From the human T2T-CHM13v2.0 reference genome, Homo sapiens: a stretch of DNA of 64,000 bases. Under the pieces are notes generated by a model that saw only the letters and a program-made list of their open reading frames with translations, was not told the origin of the DNA and did not search any database. Location of the stretch: assembly GCF_009914755.1 (NCBI RefSeq), contig NC_060926.1; one strand, 5' to 3'. This document shows positions 1 through 13,712 of the stretch, piece after piece (within the stretch, counting starts at the first letter, position 1; the number at the start of each line of letters is the position of its first letter). The translations under genes and the position numbers were made by a program.

Positions 1-120
1 AAGGTAACCCGGACAGCCACGCCTACTGGATCAGACCAGAAGACCCCTTCTGTGATGTCCCCTCCTCACCATGCCCCTCCACCATGCCCTCCGCTGCATG
101 CCATCCTCATCTGACCACAC
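1..120 (+). CDS. INPP4A: INPP4A exon end with alternative 5' donor extension (PEST insert, GNPDSHAYWIRPEDPFCDVPSSPCPSTMPSAACHPHLTT); partial at window edge
   Basis: Frame 3 matches the recalled INPP4A long-isoform peptide. Proximal donor AAG|GTAACC at 4 and distal donor CAC|GTGCGT at 121 are 117 nt (39 codons) apart. Confidence 0.9.
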
Positions 121-3100
121 GTGCGTATGCATCCATGCTTCCCATATGCTGCCTCCATTTCACCTTGTGCTGCTTCCATTTGTCTGTGTCTCTGACTCCA
201 TGCCCTCCTCCCCCATGCAGACTGCAGGGAGGGCTGCCAGGTGGAGCGGGGGCGTCCCAGTGCATGGAGCAGCAGGCAGTGAGAGCGGAGTCTCCGGTTG
301 CCTTTCCATGTAACTGGAGCCCATGTGTGATTCTGCATCTCTGCCAGTCAGAATCTCAGGGTCCTCTTGAGATACACCACCATGGCTATAAGGGTTGGGC
401 TCCTGGGCTTTTCAGGTTTGTAAAGCAATCTGAGAACCTGAAGGAGGCCAGGATGCAGATGCCTTTCTGATGTGATTGTCTATGGCATTAGGAATTGGTA
501 GAATGAAAGGGGAAAGGGGAATTGTTCAGGGACACAGCTGGATGAGAGATATTGGCAGGTCCAGTGGACATGTCTAAAAGCTGGTTGGCATTGGCTGGGC
601 ACTCTCTTATGCAGCAGAGGCATGTTGCCTTGGGACTTGGTAACACAGAGAATGGGACCCTGTTCCTGGGCTTCTGGTGGTCTGAGTCAGGTGGTTTGGC
701 AGAACCCTTCAGGGTAGGACACTGGCATGAAGCAGCATGCTTCAGAACAGTCTCCTGTCTGCAGAGACACAGCATACCAGGACACTGTCCTGCAGATGGC
801 CTTAAAGCTGGGAAACAGTCCCTGCAACTGAGATGTCTCCGCCTTTTCCTGTAAGAGCCATAGAGTTACAAGCTAGGCAGCTGAGACTTGCCCACAGACC
901 TAGCTTCTGCCTCCTTTTTGTTCTCCTGTGGGAGTTTTAAGTCATAGTAGGTAAGGCCCAGATGTGCTGGGATTAAGCTTCATGTGATGAGGGCTTTTAA
1001 ATTCTGAATTGGAGAACTTCCATTCAAGGTATAAGCGTGCCTCTTGGTCAGAGCCTCTTGGCAAATCCCCCTTCAGGTTGTAAGATGCCCTTTGCCTCTT
1101 TACTCTGCCTGCAGTCTGTTTCCAGGGCACTGTCTCACTTGAGCCTCTGTCTCGACAGTTATCACGTCACCCATCTCTCCATCTATGGGGGATTATGGTT
1201 TCACTTCCCCACACCTGTGATTGGCTCATGGAACTATTTTGTCTCTATTCATGTTCTCTTTTTTATGTGAATCGTGTTCCTTTTTAAAATTTTCTGAAAA
1301 TTCATTGTTTATTTCTTTTTACTTTATTATCTTGTTTGTGATTTTAAATTTTTCTACAGATAATGAAAAGGGTAATTTATTGGCTGTTTTAAATGTGGGA
1401 GCTAGTTTATTTCATCAGATGGGATTATATCCCTAACTTAAGTGTCATTTTTTTTCTAGGCACATCCTGTATTGTTTAAATATAGATACATTTTTATTCA
1501 GTTTTAAAGTTAGTTAAGTGAGCATTTATATATGCTATTTAGGGTTTGACTTGCGTGTGCCATAAAAATCAGCTGTTGTAATAATGGGAATGTGAAGCTT
1601 ACATTTGAGAGAGTCTAACTCTGCTGATCAGTACTCAAATGTATGAAACCATATGCCACCAAATTATCTGTGGATGGTCCTTAATTTAAACATCTTTAGC
1701 ACAGCCAGGAAGCTGTTCAGTCCTCAGTGTAAGTAGGAGGATCAGAAAGAACCAGTCTGTGAGCTATTTATTTTGGTGAGTCTTGTCCACAGTGCCACAG
1801 CATGGCTCTGTCATGACTTTTTATACCATTCCAAGTTACTGGAGCCATTGTTTTGGCTTAATGAGCAGGTATGTTCACACCAACATATTTATTATGTGAG
1901 AATAACTCTGTACTGCTCTGAAAGGCATCATCACTTTTCATTCCAGTTCTCTACCCTGTCCTAGGTCCTTGGTTTTTATTTTTCACCAGGGAGCTGCCCT
2001 GCCTCAGAGCTGCCCTGCCCTGATCAGAGAGCACTGTCTGGCAGGTGAGGGTCACCCAGGGCCAAGGCCTTGTGGGGGACCCACTGACAAGTCCCTGCCA
2101 GCCAAAACCACAGAGGCTCCTCAAACTTCCCTTCTTCTCATCTCTCCAAAAGTCTCCCATCCCCCTCCACCCCCGCCTGCCAAGGTGCACCACTATCGCC
2201 CCACCAGGATTTGGTGGCTTCCACCGCCTTCCTCCTGTACACTCTGTTGCTCTCCTCATACCCAAAGAGATGGTTAGACCAAGTTTTTCTTAGTCTGGGG
2301 TCTATGGGTACACCCAGGTTCTTGTACCCCTGAGATTATGTGCTGGAATTTGCATGTGTGTACAGAGGAAGTCCAGAGTGGTCACCTATTCTCAACTCCA
2401 TGACCTAAGACAAGTTACAAGCCATTATTCCAGGAGTACCAGAGAAGACCCCCTTTTTCTCCCCTTTGATTGAAAGATGAATTTAGCAAATTGGGTTTAA
2501 TCCCTGATGCCTTCACAGGAATGGTCCCAACCTAGCTGTTTGGGATCACCACAGAAGCTCATAAAACAGGCTCCTAGACCTTCCTCCTCATTCATAAGCT
2601 CAGAATCCTAGAAGAGGGGTTATGGGGAGGCAAAAATCTGTATTTTTTCAAGGCCTCACATAACCTGATTAGCAGATCAATATGTAAGAGCCACAGTTCT
2701 ATATCACTGTGGGTTTCTATCTTTGTTAGCAACATGGTCTCAGGGCATCTGGGTTAACGAAGAGGTCGAACTCTTGAACTTGCAGATGCCTTTGTATTCT
2801 CTTTCCCCTTTGCCAGTTTGAAAAGTCACTTCCAAAGACGATTAGAGAGGAAGGATCCTTTGCCCCTTCTTTACAACCTAGGTTGTAAAATCCCCATAAA
2901 GCTGGTTCTGGCTGTTCTTGGGGATCCGAGACCACCTCATTTCCACATCCTGAAGACATTGTTTGAACTGAAAAGCTCAGACATAAATTAACATAAATGT
3001 TTTCTTCCATGATTCCTTTTCAAACTTGTTTTCTCTTAGATGGTGCACCCAGTTAATGAGAAATTTTGGTTTTTAAGGGAAATACGAAATTGAAGTAAGT

Positions 3101-3774
3101 ACATCCCAGTGTGACTTAGTATAGGTGAAATGGAATCAAAAGTGGTATTCTTTGAGGACCTGAAGGGACATTCTAATTGGAGACTACCCCTAAATCACAA
3201 AACTTAACATTTGTTTTAAATTTGGGAGATTGGCATAGAGTTTTTTTTGGTATACTGGTTTCATTCCTGGATCTTAACACTTTGGATCTCAGCAGTCGAT
3301 CCTGAGCCCAGGCTTCCCCGGTGAATCAGAGCAGTGGGACTGACCGTGGAACACGCCGTGTACTGGTCAGTCTCTCTCCTTACAAGTTTGCTTCCAGATG
3401 CCGCAAGCCAACGCGGGGCTCTGCCACTACAATGTGATTTATGTGGGTGCTTTTTTCTGTGGCATTTATCACATTGTAATAAGCTAGATCGCACATCCCG
3501 AAGAGCATTTTATGTTGAACTATTGGCAACATGAATGTTTAAGCTGGGGAATCTGTCATTGTTTACCACTGAGAGGGCTTGGCTGCCTTGGAGCAGCCAG
3601 AGTACTTTCGTGAGCCTTCTTGGGGAAGAGGCAGCCAGGCACCCAGACCTCTTTTCTGTTTGTTAGCCGCCTTACTGCAAGCTGCTGACGCAGCTGCTGC
3701 TCTGAGATTGAGTTGCTTGGTTTGAACTGTGTGCTGCTCCTTAATCATCCATGTCGCCCTCCATTTCTGTGCAG

Positions 3775-3807
3775 ATTGCAGTCCCCCTCCTGAAGAGTCC
3801 AGCCCAG
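3775..3807 (+). CDS. INPP4A: INPP4A 33-nt exon (H/D-CSPPPEESSP-G)
   Basis: ttctgtgcag acceptor, CAG|GTACGT donor, phase 1-1, peptide matches INPP4A. Confidence 0.9.
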
Positions 3808-4238
3808 GTACGTGGTTTCCGTTCAAGGCTCCTGCTGATGCCCTTTTAATTGATACTCAGGTAGTGTTTTGTAGCTAAATTACAAAAGATTGCCTTATGA
3901 TCCCAGAGTTGGGAAAGTATTCCAGGACCTCCTTCGTTGTGAGGCATAAAACACTTTTCGCAGGTTTGATGAGGGACCAGTTGGGCTGAGGAAATTGTGG
4001 CCTGAGGCAGACTACCACATGTATTTGTTTTACTCTTACATTCTAAAGTCTTTACAGATGAGCGTGTTGGGCTTCCTGAAGTGGTTGACCTGAGGTAGGG
4101 AGGTACACATCTGGACTTCCTGGGTGCAGTTTTAGAATTCTTACCAGACATTGCTATGGGCCTCAGTTGCAGTTAGTACCAGAAATGTAATCTCTTTGCT
4201 TCCTTTGCATGTAGAAACCAATGTTTATGGTTCTAGTT

Positions 4239-4457
4239 CAGGGGTTGGCAAGCTACAGCTCTGAGCTAAATCTTGTCCACAGTCTGCTCTTATAAATAAT
4301 GTTTTGTTAGAAACCAACCTTGCCCACTTGTTCATGTATTGTCTGCAGCTGCTTTTGTGCAGCAGTGCCAGAGTTCGTTGCAGCAGAGAACCCGTGGCCT
4401 TCAAAGCCTAAAATATTTACTGTCTAGCTCTTTACAGAAAATGTGTGCTGACCCCTG
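4239..4457 (+). mobile_element. hAT-Charlie MITE, MER58A-like
   Basis: TIRs CAGGGGTTGGCA...TGCTGACCCCTG; 8-bp TSD ttctagtt/atctagtt. Confidence 0.75.
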
Positions 4458-7400
4458 ATCTAGTTCATATTGAGTTTCCTGGGTATGGCTTGTGGTTTTG
4501 AGCATGAGTCCCCCAAATAATATGATTTGATGTTCTTTTTCTTACATTCCAAAAATCAGCTGCATGGTCAGTCTATTGCTTGCATATTTCTGACTGGTTA
4601 TAAATGTAAGACAGCAGGATACTTTGTTGATGTCTAGAATGTAGCGAGTCCATGACTGTGGGATTTACCAGGCTAACAAGCTATTCCTGTGCATTGCTAG
4701 TGAAGCCTGTCCACCCATACAGCCCCATGAGTCAGCATAGTGTGGCAGCTCCTGGCAGCAACCCCAGGACGCTCTTAGAAGTTAGCTCATTGGCGGGCTA
4801 ATCTGATTGGACACCTCATACTCTCCCAGTTTGCTTTCAGCCCCTTCACAGTTTCTCTTTCCCCAAAAGTCAGTGTCGCTTTGAGCAGGCTTTGGGCCCC
4901 ACCCCCTTGGACCCTCAAGGTTACTGAGGCCTTGGTAGATGTACAAACAGTTGATCTTGGTCTCCTCCTCCGTTGCCTCCCCGGGCCCATGCCTCAGCTG
5001 ACCTCCACGGCAGGCCAGTGCCTTCGGACTGAGCTGGCTGTCGCCTGAGCCTCAGTGGTGCCCAAGCCTGGGGCCATACCCAGCAGTTAGGGCCAAGAGA
5101 GGGCTGGTGGCATGTGCATCTGCCCCCACAGAAGCTCAGGGGGTCTTCTCAGTTCTGGGCTCCTGAGGGTTGCAGAACTAATGGGAAGTCTCATGGGTCC
5201 CCGGGCAGCACACAGACAATGCCTGGCCTGTAGAGCCCTCCTTGTTGTGTGTCAGCTGGGACATTTCCAGAAGCACTGATGGCTTTTTCACAGTTGATGC
5301 TGATGGACTAAAATGGTCCTTGCAAGGAGTTCTTTTGGCTTTTCCTGGAGAACTGCATTTAATCTGGGCTAAAATATACACACTTACAAAGGCACACACA
5401 CTCTCCCTTTCTCCCTCCCCTACTGATGAGGGGAAAATGCAGAAGCAAAGTACGGATTTGAAAGTGCTCTTCAAAGTTATCTAAATTAGTATGGCCCATG
5501 AATTCACTACCGGTCTGCGAACATTACGGGTTAGGAACTAGATAAGGAGTTTTCTACAAAAACGTGGGTCAGCGACGTCACTCAGGACATTGTTTCACTG
5601 AGCTGATTTTTTCTCATAACAAGGCTTTGTCAGTGAAGGAGGCAGAGTATAAACCCTTCACCGATTCCAGTGACCCAGGTGCCTTTACTTCACTAGATCC
5701 TGCGTGGAAATCATGTTACTGCCCAAGAAACTCACTTTGGTTGAACTTTTAAAAAATTGTTCCAGGCATGTCTGAGTCCTTCTCTGGGCAGATAACGACA
5801 CTCACCTTCTACCAAGTTCCATATCTCCTCTTTTCCAGGACAAACATCTTAGTGCTTTTTAGCCATTCTTCCTATACTACAATTTTTTTTCATTTTTTTC
5901 CTAATGTAGCGAAGCAATCGTTCTCATAGGAATTTAGTTTAAAGAGATATAGGCAAAGTGAAAAAGTTGTATGGAGAGAGCTTGTTTAGTCAAGTAAGAC
6001 CAGTTGTATATTTTGATCATTTTCAGATTAAAATAATCATGATTTTCATGATATGCATGACAGCTAGAAGAGCAAAGTAAAATTGGCAACATTTGCTTTA
6101 AGAGCATGTACTTCTTAGAGAAGGATAGTCTTAAAGACTGCCTGCCTTTCCCCAAACCGTTTGGCGAGAAAAACTTGTTTGCCTTTGGCATTTTTAATAG
6201 GCACTTCATATAATTGGCATACATTCAACAGAATTCTTCAAAGAAACAAAAACATGGTCTCTGAGAACTTTAGTGGAGGAAAGAGACTCGGACATTATCT
6301 AGTGCCTCTCTCTCATTTTATAAAAAAGGACCCACATGGCTGAGGGGTCGAGGGCCTTGCCTGTGGTCACCTCTGCTCAGCAGTGGCCGGGGCCGGGCCT
6401 CCACATTTTCCACCTCTCAGTTCAGTGTCCTTCGTCACCATGATTCATTTGCTAAGACCTGTCTGCTGTGGACTTGCTAAATTTAAGCCTGCTTTTTCCA
6501 TTACAGATACAAATCCTGTCCACAAACAGTTAGCGTGCCTGCATGTACAATTAGGCCACCTCCAACTTTTGAGCTGCTACATATACTTAAACATTTGCAT
6601 TAACCAAACACTGAGTGTAGGGAATTCTTTTATATGTTTCAGTATTTCTTTAGGTTGGTTTCTCAGTGAAGTGCTAACCATCCAGCTTGAGAGAACAGGG
6701 CCAAGCCGCCCTTCTCTCGGTCTCTGAGATTCTGTTTATCTAAGACAGAGTTTATCCTCTGGCAGCCGCACAGCTCCCACAGCCCATGGCCTTCCCTGAG
6801 TGCCGTGCCGGGACATGGCCTGGCGCATTCTGTGGCTCGAACCCTCACCCTAAGGGGCATGTACTGCCTGGGCTTCACTCCATGACTTCTCACCATGTTT
6901 GGTGTGGTGGATTCACCAAGTGGTGATGGTCACATGCCTATTTCTGGTCTTAATCACCTGTTACAAATATAACCTTAATGAGAGCCTGTCTTCTCTTTTA
7001 AATGTCTTCTAAATAGGAAGGAAAAAAAGAGTCAAAACCCAAAATATCTTTCACCCTGTTTTTCTCCCTTGAGGTTCTATTTTTAAAAAGTTGTTTTGGT
7101 ATAGGGTCAAAGTTTCCCTATATTCCTAAAAGAAAACTAAGCTAGAAATAGTACTGGGGAAGGAAGGTGGGGGTGGGGAAGGAAGTGAGTGCAAGGTGGG
7201 GCCGTTCTGAGGGCTGAAAACTTGGGAGCTGTAGGGAATAGTCCTCCTCCAGGTGTGCAGGGGTAAGAATTGAACACAGTTGCACACAAGGCTTGGCAAG
7301 GGCAGAGGAGTCTCTGACTTGACTTTATACCCAGGTCAAGAGAAGGGAGATCACAGAGAACCTTTCTGGGTGTCCTTCCTCTCCGGGTGGAGGTGCTACA

Positions 7401-7776
7401 GGGCTGTGGAAGGAGATGGGCCTCTGGGGACAGAGCATTTTCTGGCCTCGTCATGACTTGCAGAAGCTTCTTTGTTGTTTTCCTCCGAAGGCATTGTCTT
7501 GAGTATTTCTGTTTAGGGTCCCCAACAGGTTCAGGAGACCAGGCATGTCTTGGAGGTACCGGAGTAGAACTGGTGTTTGAGGTTGCTGGAAAGAGCTGGG
7601 GCTAGAGGGCTAGAGGGCTAGAGACTGGGTTGGTTCCAGACAGAGCTGGAAGATGAGGTGGAGATGGGGGAGTGGGAGGACTGCAGTGGTTAGGGGCCAG
7701 GTGACTTGTTAAATTGCCAGAACCTAATTCTTAAAATCTCTCTCTCATTGTGATGACCCCTTCGCTTGTGCCCCAG

Positions 7777-7949
7777 GTGAATGGAGTGAGGCCCTTTACC
7801 CGCTGCTGACCACTCTCACCGACTGCGTGGCCATGATGAGTGACAAGGCCAAGAAGGCCATGGTATTCCTGCTCATGCAGGACAGCGCGCCCACCATAGC
7901 CACCTACCTGAGCCTGCAGTACCGCCGTGACGTGGTCTTCTGCCAGACG
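7777..7949 (+). CDS. INPP4A: INPP4A exon ([58 protein letters not shown])
   Basis: ccccag acceptor, ACG|GTAGGC donor, phase consistent, ORF track 7827..8084 overlaps. Confidence 0.95.
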
Positions 7950-8894
7950 GTAGGCCCCGGGAGCACCCCGAGGGAGACCACGGGCACCTCTCAGCTCAGA
8001 AAAGACAGGCTTAGGAAGCCCTTCCCTCTCACTTCACTTGTAAAAGACCCCAGATGGCCATATTTCCTCCTGGTGGTGCTTTAAAGGTTATTTAATAGAG
8101 AGGTCTACATTTCAACACAGTCAGGAGAACTACCTTGGCAGCCCATGCTTGCTTCTCCCAAGGAACTGGCACCTGCAGAGTCTGCCGATTCTGCACCCAG
8201 GAGATAGTGAGGGCATGCATGGGTGGCACAGGCTTCTTTGCTGCGTTTTTTTTTTTTTTTTTTTTTACTGCACAGAGGTTGAGTGAGGGCAACACAGGTA
8301 TTTGCTGTCAGTGCAAACATTGCTCGTATAACAGTAGGTGCCTTAGCTCTGCAGCTTGTTGCAGGACTCTCTTATTGTTGAGAGAAGTGAAGCCTTGAAA
8401 TGAATGTAACAAGTTTAATAGTTGCCAGTAATCAAATTAGTAAAGTGAACAGTGATTTGGGGTTGGGCTGGTTCTCTACAGGTTCCCTCACCCATCCTGG
8501 AGAGTCCTGTTTCATCCCATAGAAAATCTCCCACTGGGGAAACTTTGAGTGACCATGTTGTCTCTCACTTCTGTTTTTTGCTGGGGCTAACTCAGTTTCC
8601 AGCCAGGGGTGGCATGGCTCTATGAGTAGATAGACCCTTTCACTGTGAGTAATTAATAATGGGCTTCCAGAAGTTCCAGCCTAGGAATAAAGCCAGGTAT
8701 AGGTCAGGTCAGAAGCTGGGCCAAAAACCAAACCCACTTGGTGAGCGACAGGAATAGCAAGCCCACTGTTGGGCGTCTTCCCATGGCCAGGGCATGCCCC
8801 ACCTGGGCTTCTCAAGGGATGGGAGGTGCCACTGAAGCCCCTTTGAGCAGTGGCAGCAGAGGAAGGGGGCGGTGGGGGGCTGGGCATGATCTGA

Positions 8895-9137
<243 letters not shown>

Positions 9138-9907
9138 TAGGCACTTTTCTCACTATACCAGTAAGCGTGCTTATTGAAATAAATCCAAAATATATAACAG
9201 CAGACCAGATGGCAGACCTGGCAGTTACACACGCACACGCCTTGGTTTGTTGTTGTTGCTGGTTGAGGATGGATGCTAATTACTTAACCAGTAACTTCCT
9301 GTTGGACTTTGGGTTGTTCCTGAAACACCAGTGCAGCAGTGACATCTGTGCATGAGGCACTTGTGGGCCTGTTTCTGCAGCTACTGAATGACTGGAAGGA
9401 GAGTTGCTGGGTCAGAGGGTAGGAATATTTTTAAATTTAATAGATATTTCCAAATTGCCCTCTAAAAAGGCTCTCTTCTTCCTACCCTTGTTTATTATTT
9501 ATTTATTCTGAGAAGGTGATAGAAAGCATTTGTTAATCATTGGAAATTGAGGACATCGAATAGATATCAAGCCCTGTGTAATGGGAGGGTCTGGCCACAG
9601 CAAAGCTGCTTTAGCATCTCTCATTTCGTGTTTCAAGAGCTGGCTTTGCTTTCTGAGTTTATGTATTTGTTTCCCTCCCTACTATCTGGTGCTTGCCCAA
9701 GAAATAGTGGGAAGGGATGGCGCGTGTTTCCACCAGATGCATGTTTTGATGTGGCTGTGGGATTTCAGAGGCATTGTTGACTCACAGAGGAGTGAGTTGC
9801 AGGGGAAGAGGCTCAGAGACTCCCCCTCCACCAGAGCCACACCTGCACCCCTCCTGTCACAGCCAGGCCTGGGCTTGGCTGCCTTCTGCTGAGACTGGGG
9901 AGAGTAG

Positions 9908-10078
<171 letters not shown>

Positions 10079-10256
10079 TAGAGTGTTGGTTTAAAATTCT
10101 CTGAGCCAGAGAGCGGTTTTCATTTTTGTTTATCTCAGGGAAGGTACTCTTCTGAATTTTTTATCCTATTTCATTTTGTTAAATGCTCTGATTACAGCCC
10201 CCTAGGTTAGTGCCACTCCCTTAAAGGTCTGTGGTTGGCAGTTTGGCCATCACTAA

Positions 10257-10562
<306 letters not shown>

Positions 10563-12849
10563 TAAGTGCTGGACAGACTTTGTCATCCTTCCTTCCTTTG
10601 GCCAACATTTTCATCATGGCCGTGCACCTCACTGTCTTTGGTGCTAGGGACACAGAGTGACCCAGAGGTGGTCTCTGTCCTCAGGGACTCAGCTGGTGGG
10701 AGAGAGAGAGACATGGATGCAATGATGAAGACAGATACAGGGCATTGTGGGATCCGGAGTAGGGCACCCAGCAAGGTCTAGGGGGTCTGTAAAGGCTTCT
10801 TGGAGTTGCAGGGGATGGGGCTTTGAATTGTGAATAGGAGTTGGATGATGAGGTGGAGGGGAGACATGTCAGATTAAGAAGACTGAAGAAAGGCCTGGCG
10901 AGGAGAAACAGCATGGAGTTCAGGGGCACCAGGTTCCAGGCAGGGATTGGCAGGTAAGGGTAGACAGGCTCTGTGTGCCAGGCTGAGACTCATGCCTGAA
11001 CCTAAAGGCAACTGCCCTCCAGGGTCACTTGCCACACTGCAGAGGGGAGTTGTGTGTGCCTGTGTGTGCACGTGTGCCTGTGTGCGCACATGTGTGTGAG
11101 GAGATAGGGTAGATTGGGTATATGTACCCTTTACTGGCCTTCCACTAGTACATGAGAATGATTCCTGTGTTGTCATTTATCTTCATGTGATATGTGTAGA
11201 ATAGTCTAAACAGAGATCTTCAAGTACTTGCTGTGAAGGAAATTTGGTTTCCAGAACAATATGCCGTGTTCCTGCTGGGCCTTCTGATGTCCAACCCCAG
11301 TGGTTGATGTCCATTGACGCCTAGGTGTAGGGTCACACCAACTTAGGAAATATGGTATCATTGCTGGGAGACACTGAAGAACTCTCAGTGGGGCAGGACA
11401 CAATCAGATTTACATTTAAAGTAGGTCGTTTCGCTGGCACGTGCCGGGAGGAGATGAAGGGGACAAGTGTGAGGAGGAGGCTGCTGGGAGGAGTCCAGGC
11501 CAGAGGTGGGAACCTGGATCAGGGCCAGGGGAGTGTTGGTGTTCTGCAGAGGGGTAGGCTGGGGAACTGTTAAAGTGGTCAGTGGAAGGGTTTGGTCTTC
11601 AGTGGGGTTGGGGCTGGGGCTGAGTGGGAGGAGAGTACACCAGACAGACCCACCCACTGAGCTCATAAACTGGCAGGAGAGTCGTGTCCAGAGGCAGGTG
11701 GTGAGCTGGGTTTGGACTGAGGGCACCAGCCCAGGAAGCAAAGCCCCAAAGGTGTGAGCAGAGCTGGAGGCGCCTATGTCAGGGAGAGGCGCAGCCTCAC
11801 TGGAGCCCCAGCAGGGAGGTGGCCCAGGGGAGGGAAAATGATGGTGCCTGCATCCAGTAGCTGCGGGTCCCACAGACTTGCAGGAGCAGTTTCTAGAGAG
11901 GGCTGAGCCAGAGCCAGGTGCATTGAATAGAGGGGAGGGTGGAGGATGCAACACTGAGGACAGAGAGGACTTGCAAAGGGCAGGTTCTTGACTTTGTTTC
12001 TTTATTGGCCCTGAGGTCACTGGTGAGCTGGGCTTGTTTATAAGCTGAGGGAAGAGCCCTCAGAGGGGAGGCCACAGGCCCAGAGTCAGGGATGGCCCCC
12101 AAGGGAGCAGGCGTCTAGAGAAAAGGCCATTGTGGACACCAGGGGTGGATGGGCTGGGACCCGTAGGAGGGAATCCTGCCCTCTGAGGGATGCTCTCGGG
12201 CCACAGAGAAGCTGATGCTCGGAAGGCCCCTCAGCAGGGATGTGTGAGACTGCACTGGGGCCCAGGACCTGGACTTCAGAGCCTGCATTTCCTAATGATC
12301 ACCTTGTGCCTTCCTTGCAGGTGGCATTTTATGGCTTTGTTTCTTAGGCATTTGGCACATGCTCCTTGTAGCACACTGAGTGTGATCAGGGTGAACCTGC
12401 ACGATGACGAAAGGGCAAGGGCTTCATGTCAGTCCCGGAGGGGCTGGCAGTCAGGTGTGTTCATTCTGCACACAGAGAGTGACTTCAGATTGGAGTACAG
12501 GGCTGCATCCTCACCTCTCAGCCATACCTCACTGCCGTCCCCCCTCCTAAGTGCCTCAGATGGGAGGAGACCAGGGACTCTGAGCCAAATGGCTGTGAGG
12601 GGGGATCCTGTGCTGCACAGGATCTGTACCACATCATGTTCTGGTCATCTCTCAGGCACGCCTGTAACAGTGATACATGATTCCTGCCAATGGAATGCAT
12701 TTAAACTGATCAGCAACACTGTAGAAATGCCTTTATGCTCGGAAGAGGGAGAGTGGCTTAGAATTTAGATATGCATAGTAAATGTTTGAGAGAATCAGCA
12801 TAGTTAGCTTCCATGCAGTTGTGTTCATGTTAGAAGAAAGTGACATTAG

Positions 12850-13032
<183 letters not shown>

Positions 13033-13693
13033 TAGATGTCTGAGCTCTGGCTTGCCCTGCCTCTGTGAGTGCATGCCTGTGCATGTGTGTGCACTGTTCC
13101 CTTTCTCCCTAAACACACACACGCAGAGAGAGAGAGAGAAGCTTCCCTTGGCTGTGGCCCTCATTCATCTCTTTGCTGTCGATTCTCTACTAGCCTATGT
13201 GACATGGCTCCTTCCCATGCTGTCGTAGTCACTGACACAAGATGTGTTTGGTGGCATGCATTGTGCACCTGCTGGTAGGACTTGGGGGAATCACAGAGGC
13301 AGGACCCACCCTCGGCCAGGTGAGCGGCCCACTCACTTCCCTTTGTGGTGCTTAGAGAGGAAGATGCGGGGCCAACATTGCTGGGTGTTTGGGAGCAAGG
13401 TGGCCCCATCTCGGCATCTCCTGGAGGCAGTGGAGATGGTGACAGTAATCTCTCTGCGTGTCCTGCAGTGAAGATGCTGCAGCTAGGGCTCTGCAGCCAC
13501 AGAACTAAGGGAGGAACCGAGAGCTGCACAGCACTGTCTACGAGAATTCCCTCTTGAGTTCAACCCAGTGAATATTCCCTGAGGACCTGCTGTGTGTAAA
13601 GTGCTAGAGGATCCGATGGCGAATGAGGGGTGGACCCTACCTTGGAGGGAAAGCTGGTCCCAGAGTGCCGGCCTCTCTGTGCAGGCGCTGCCA

Positions 13694-13712
13694 CAGCCAC
13701 TAGGGGGCGCCA
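13694..13712 (+). promoter_or_regulatory. CTCF binding motif
   Basis: CCACTAGGGGGCGC at 13697..13710, TGCAG upstream motif at 13680. Confidence 0.7.

Noticed and set aside
3040-3094. Possible cryptic exon (ctcttag...GAA|GTAAGT)
   Set aside because: 55 nt with an early in-frame TAA; such pseudo-exons are common and nothing else supports it.
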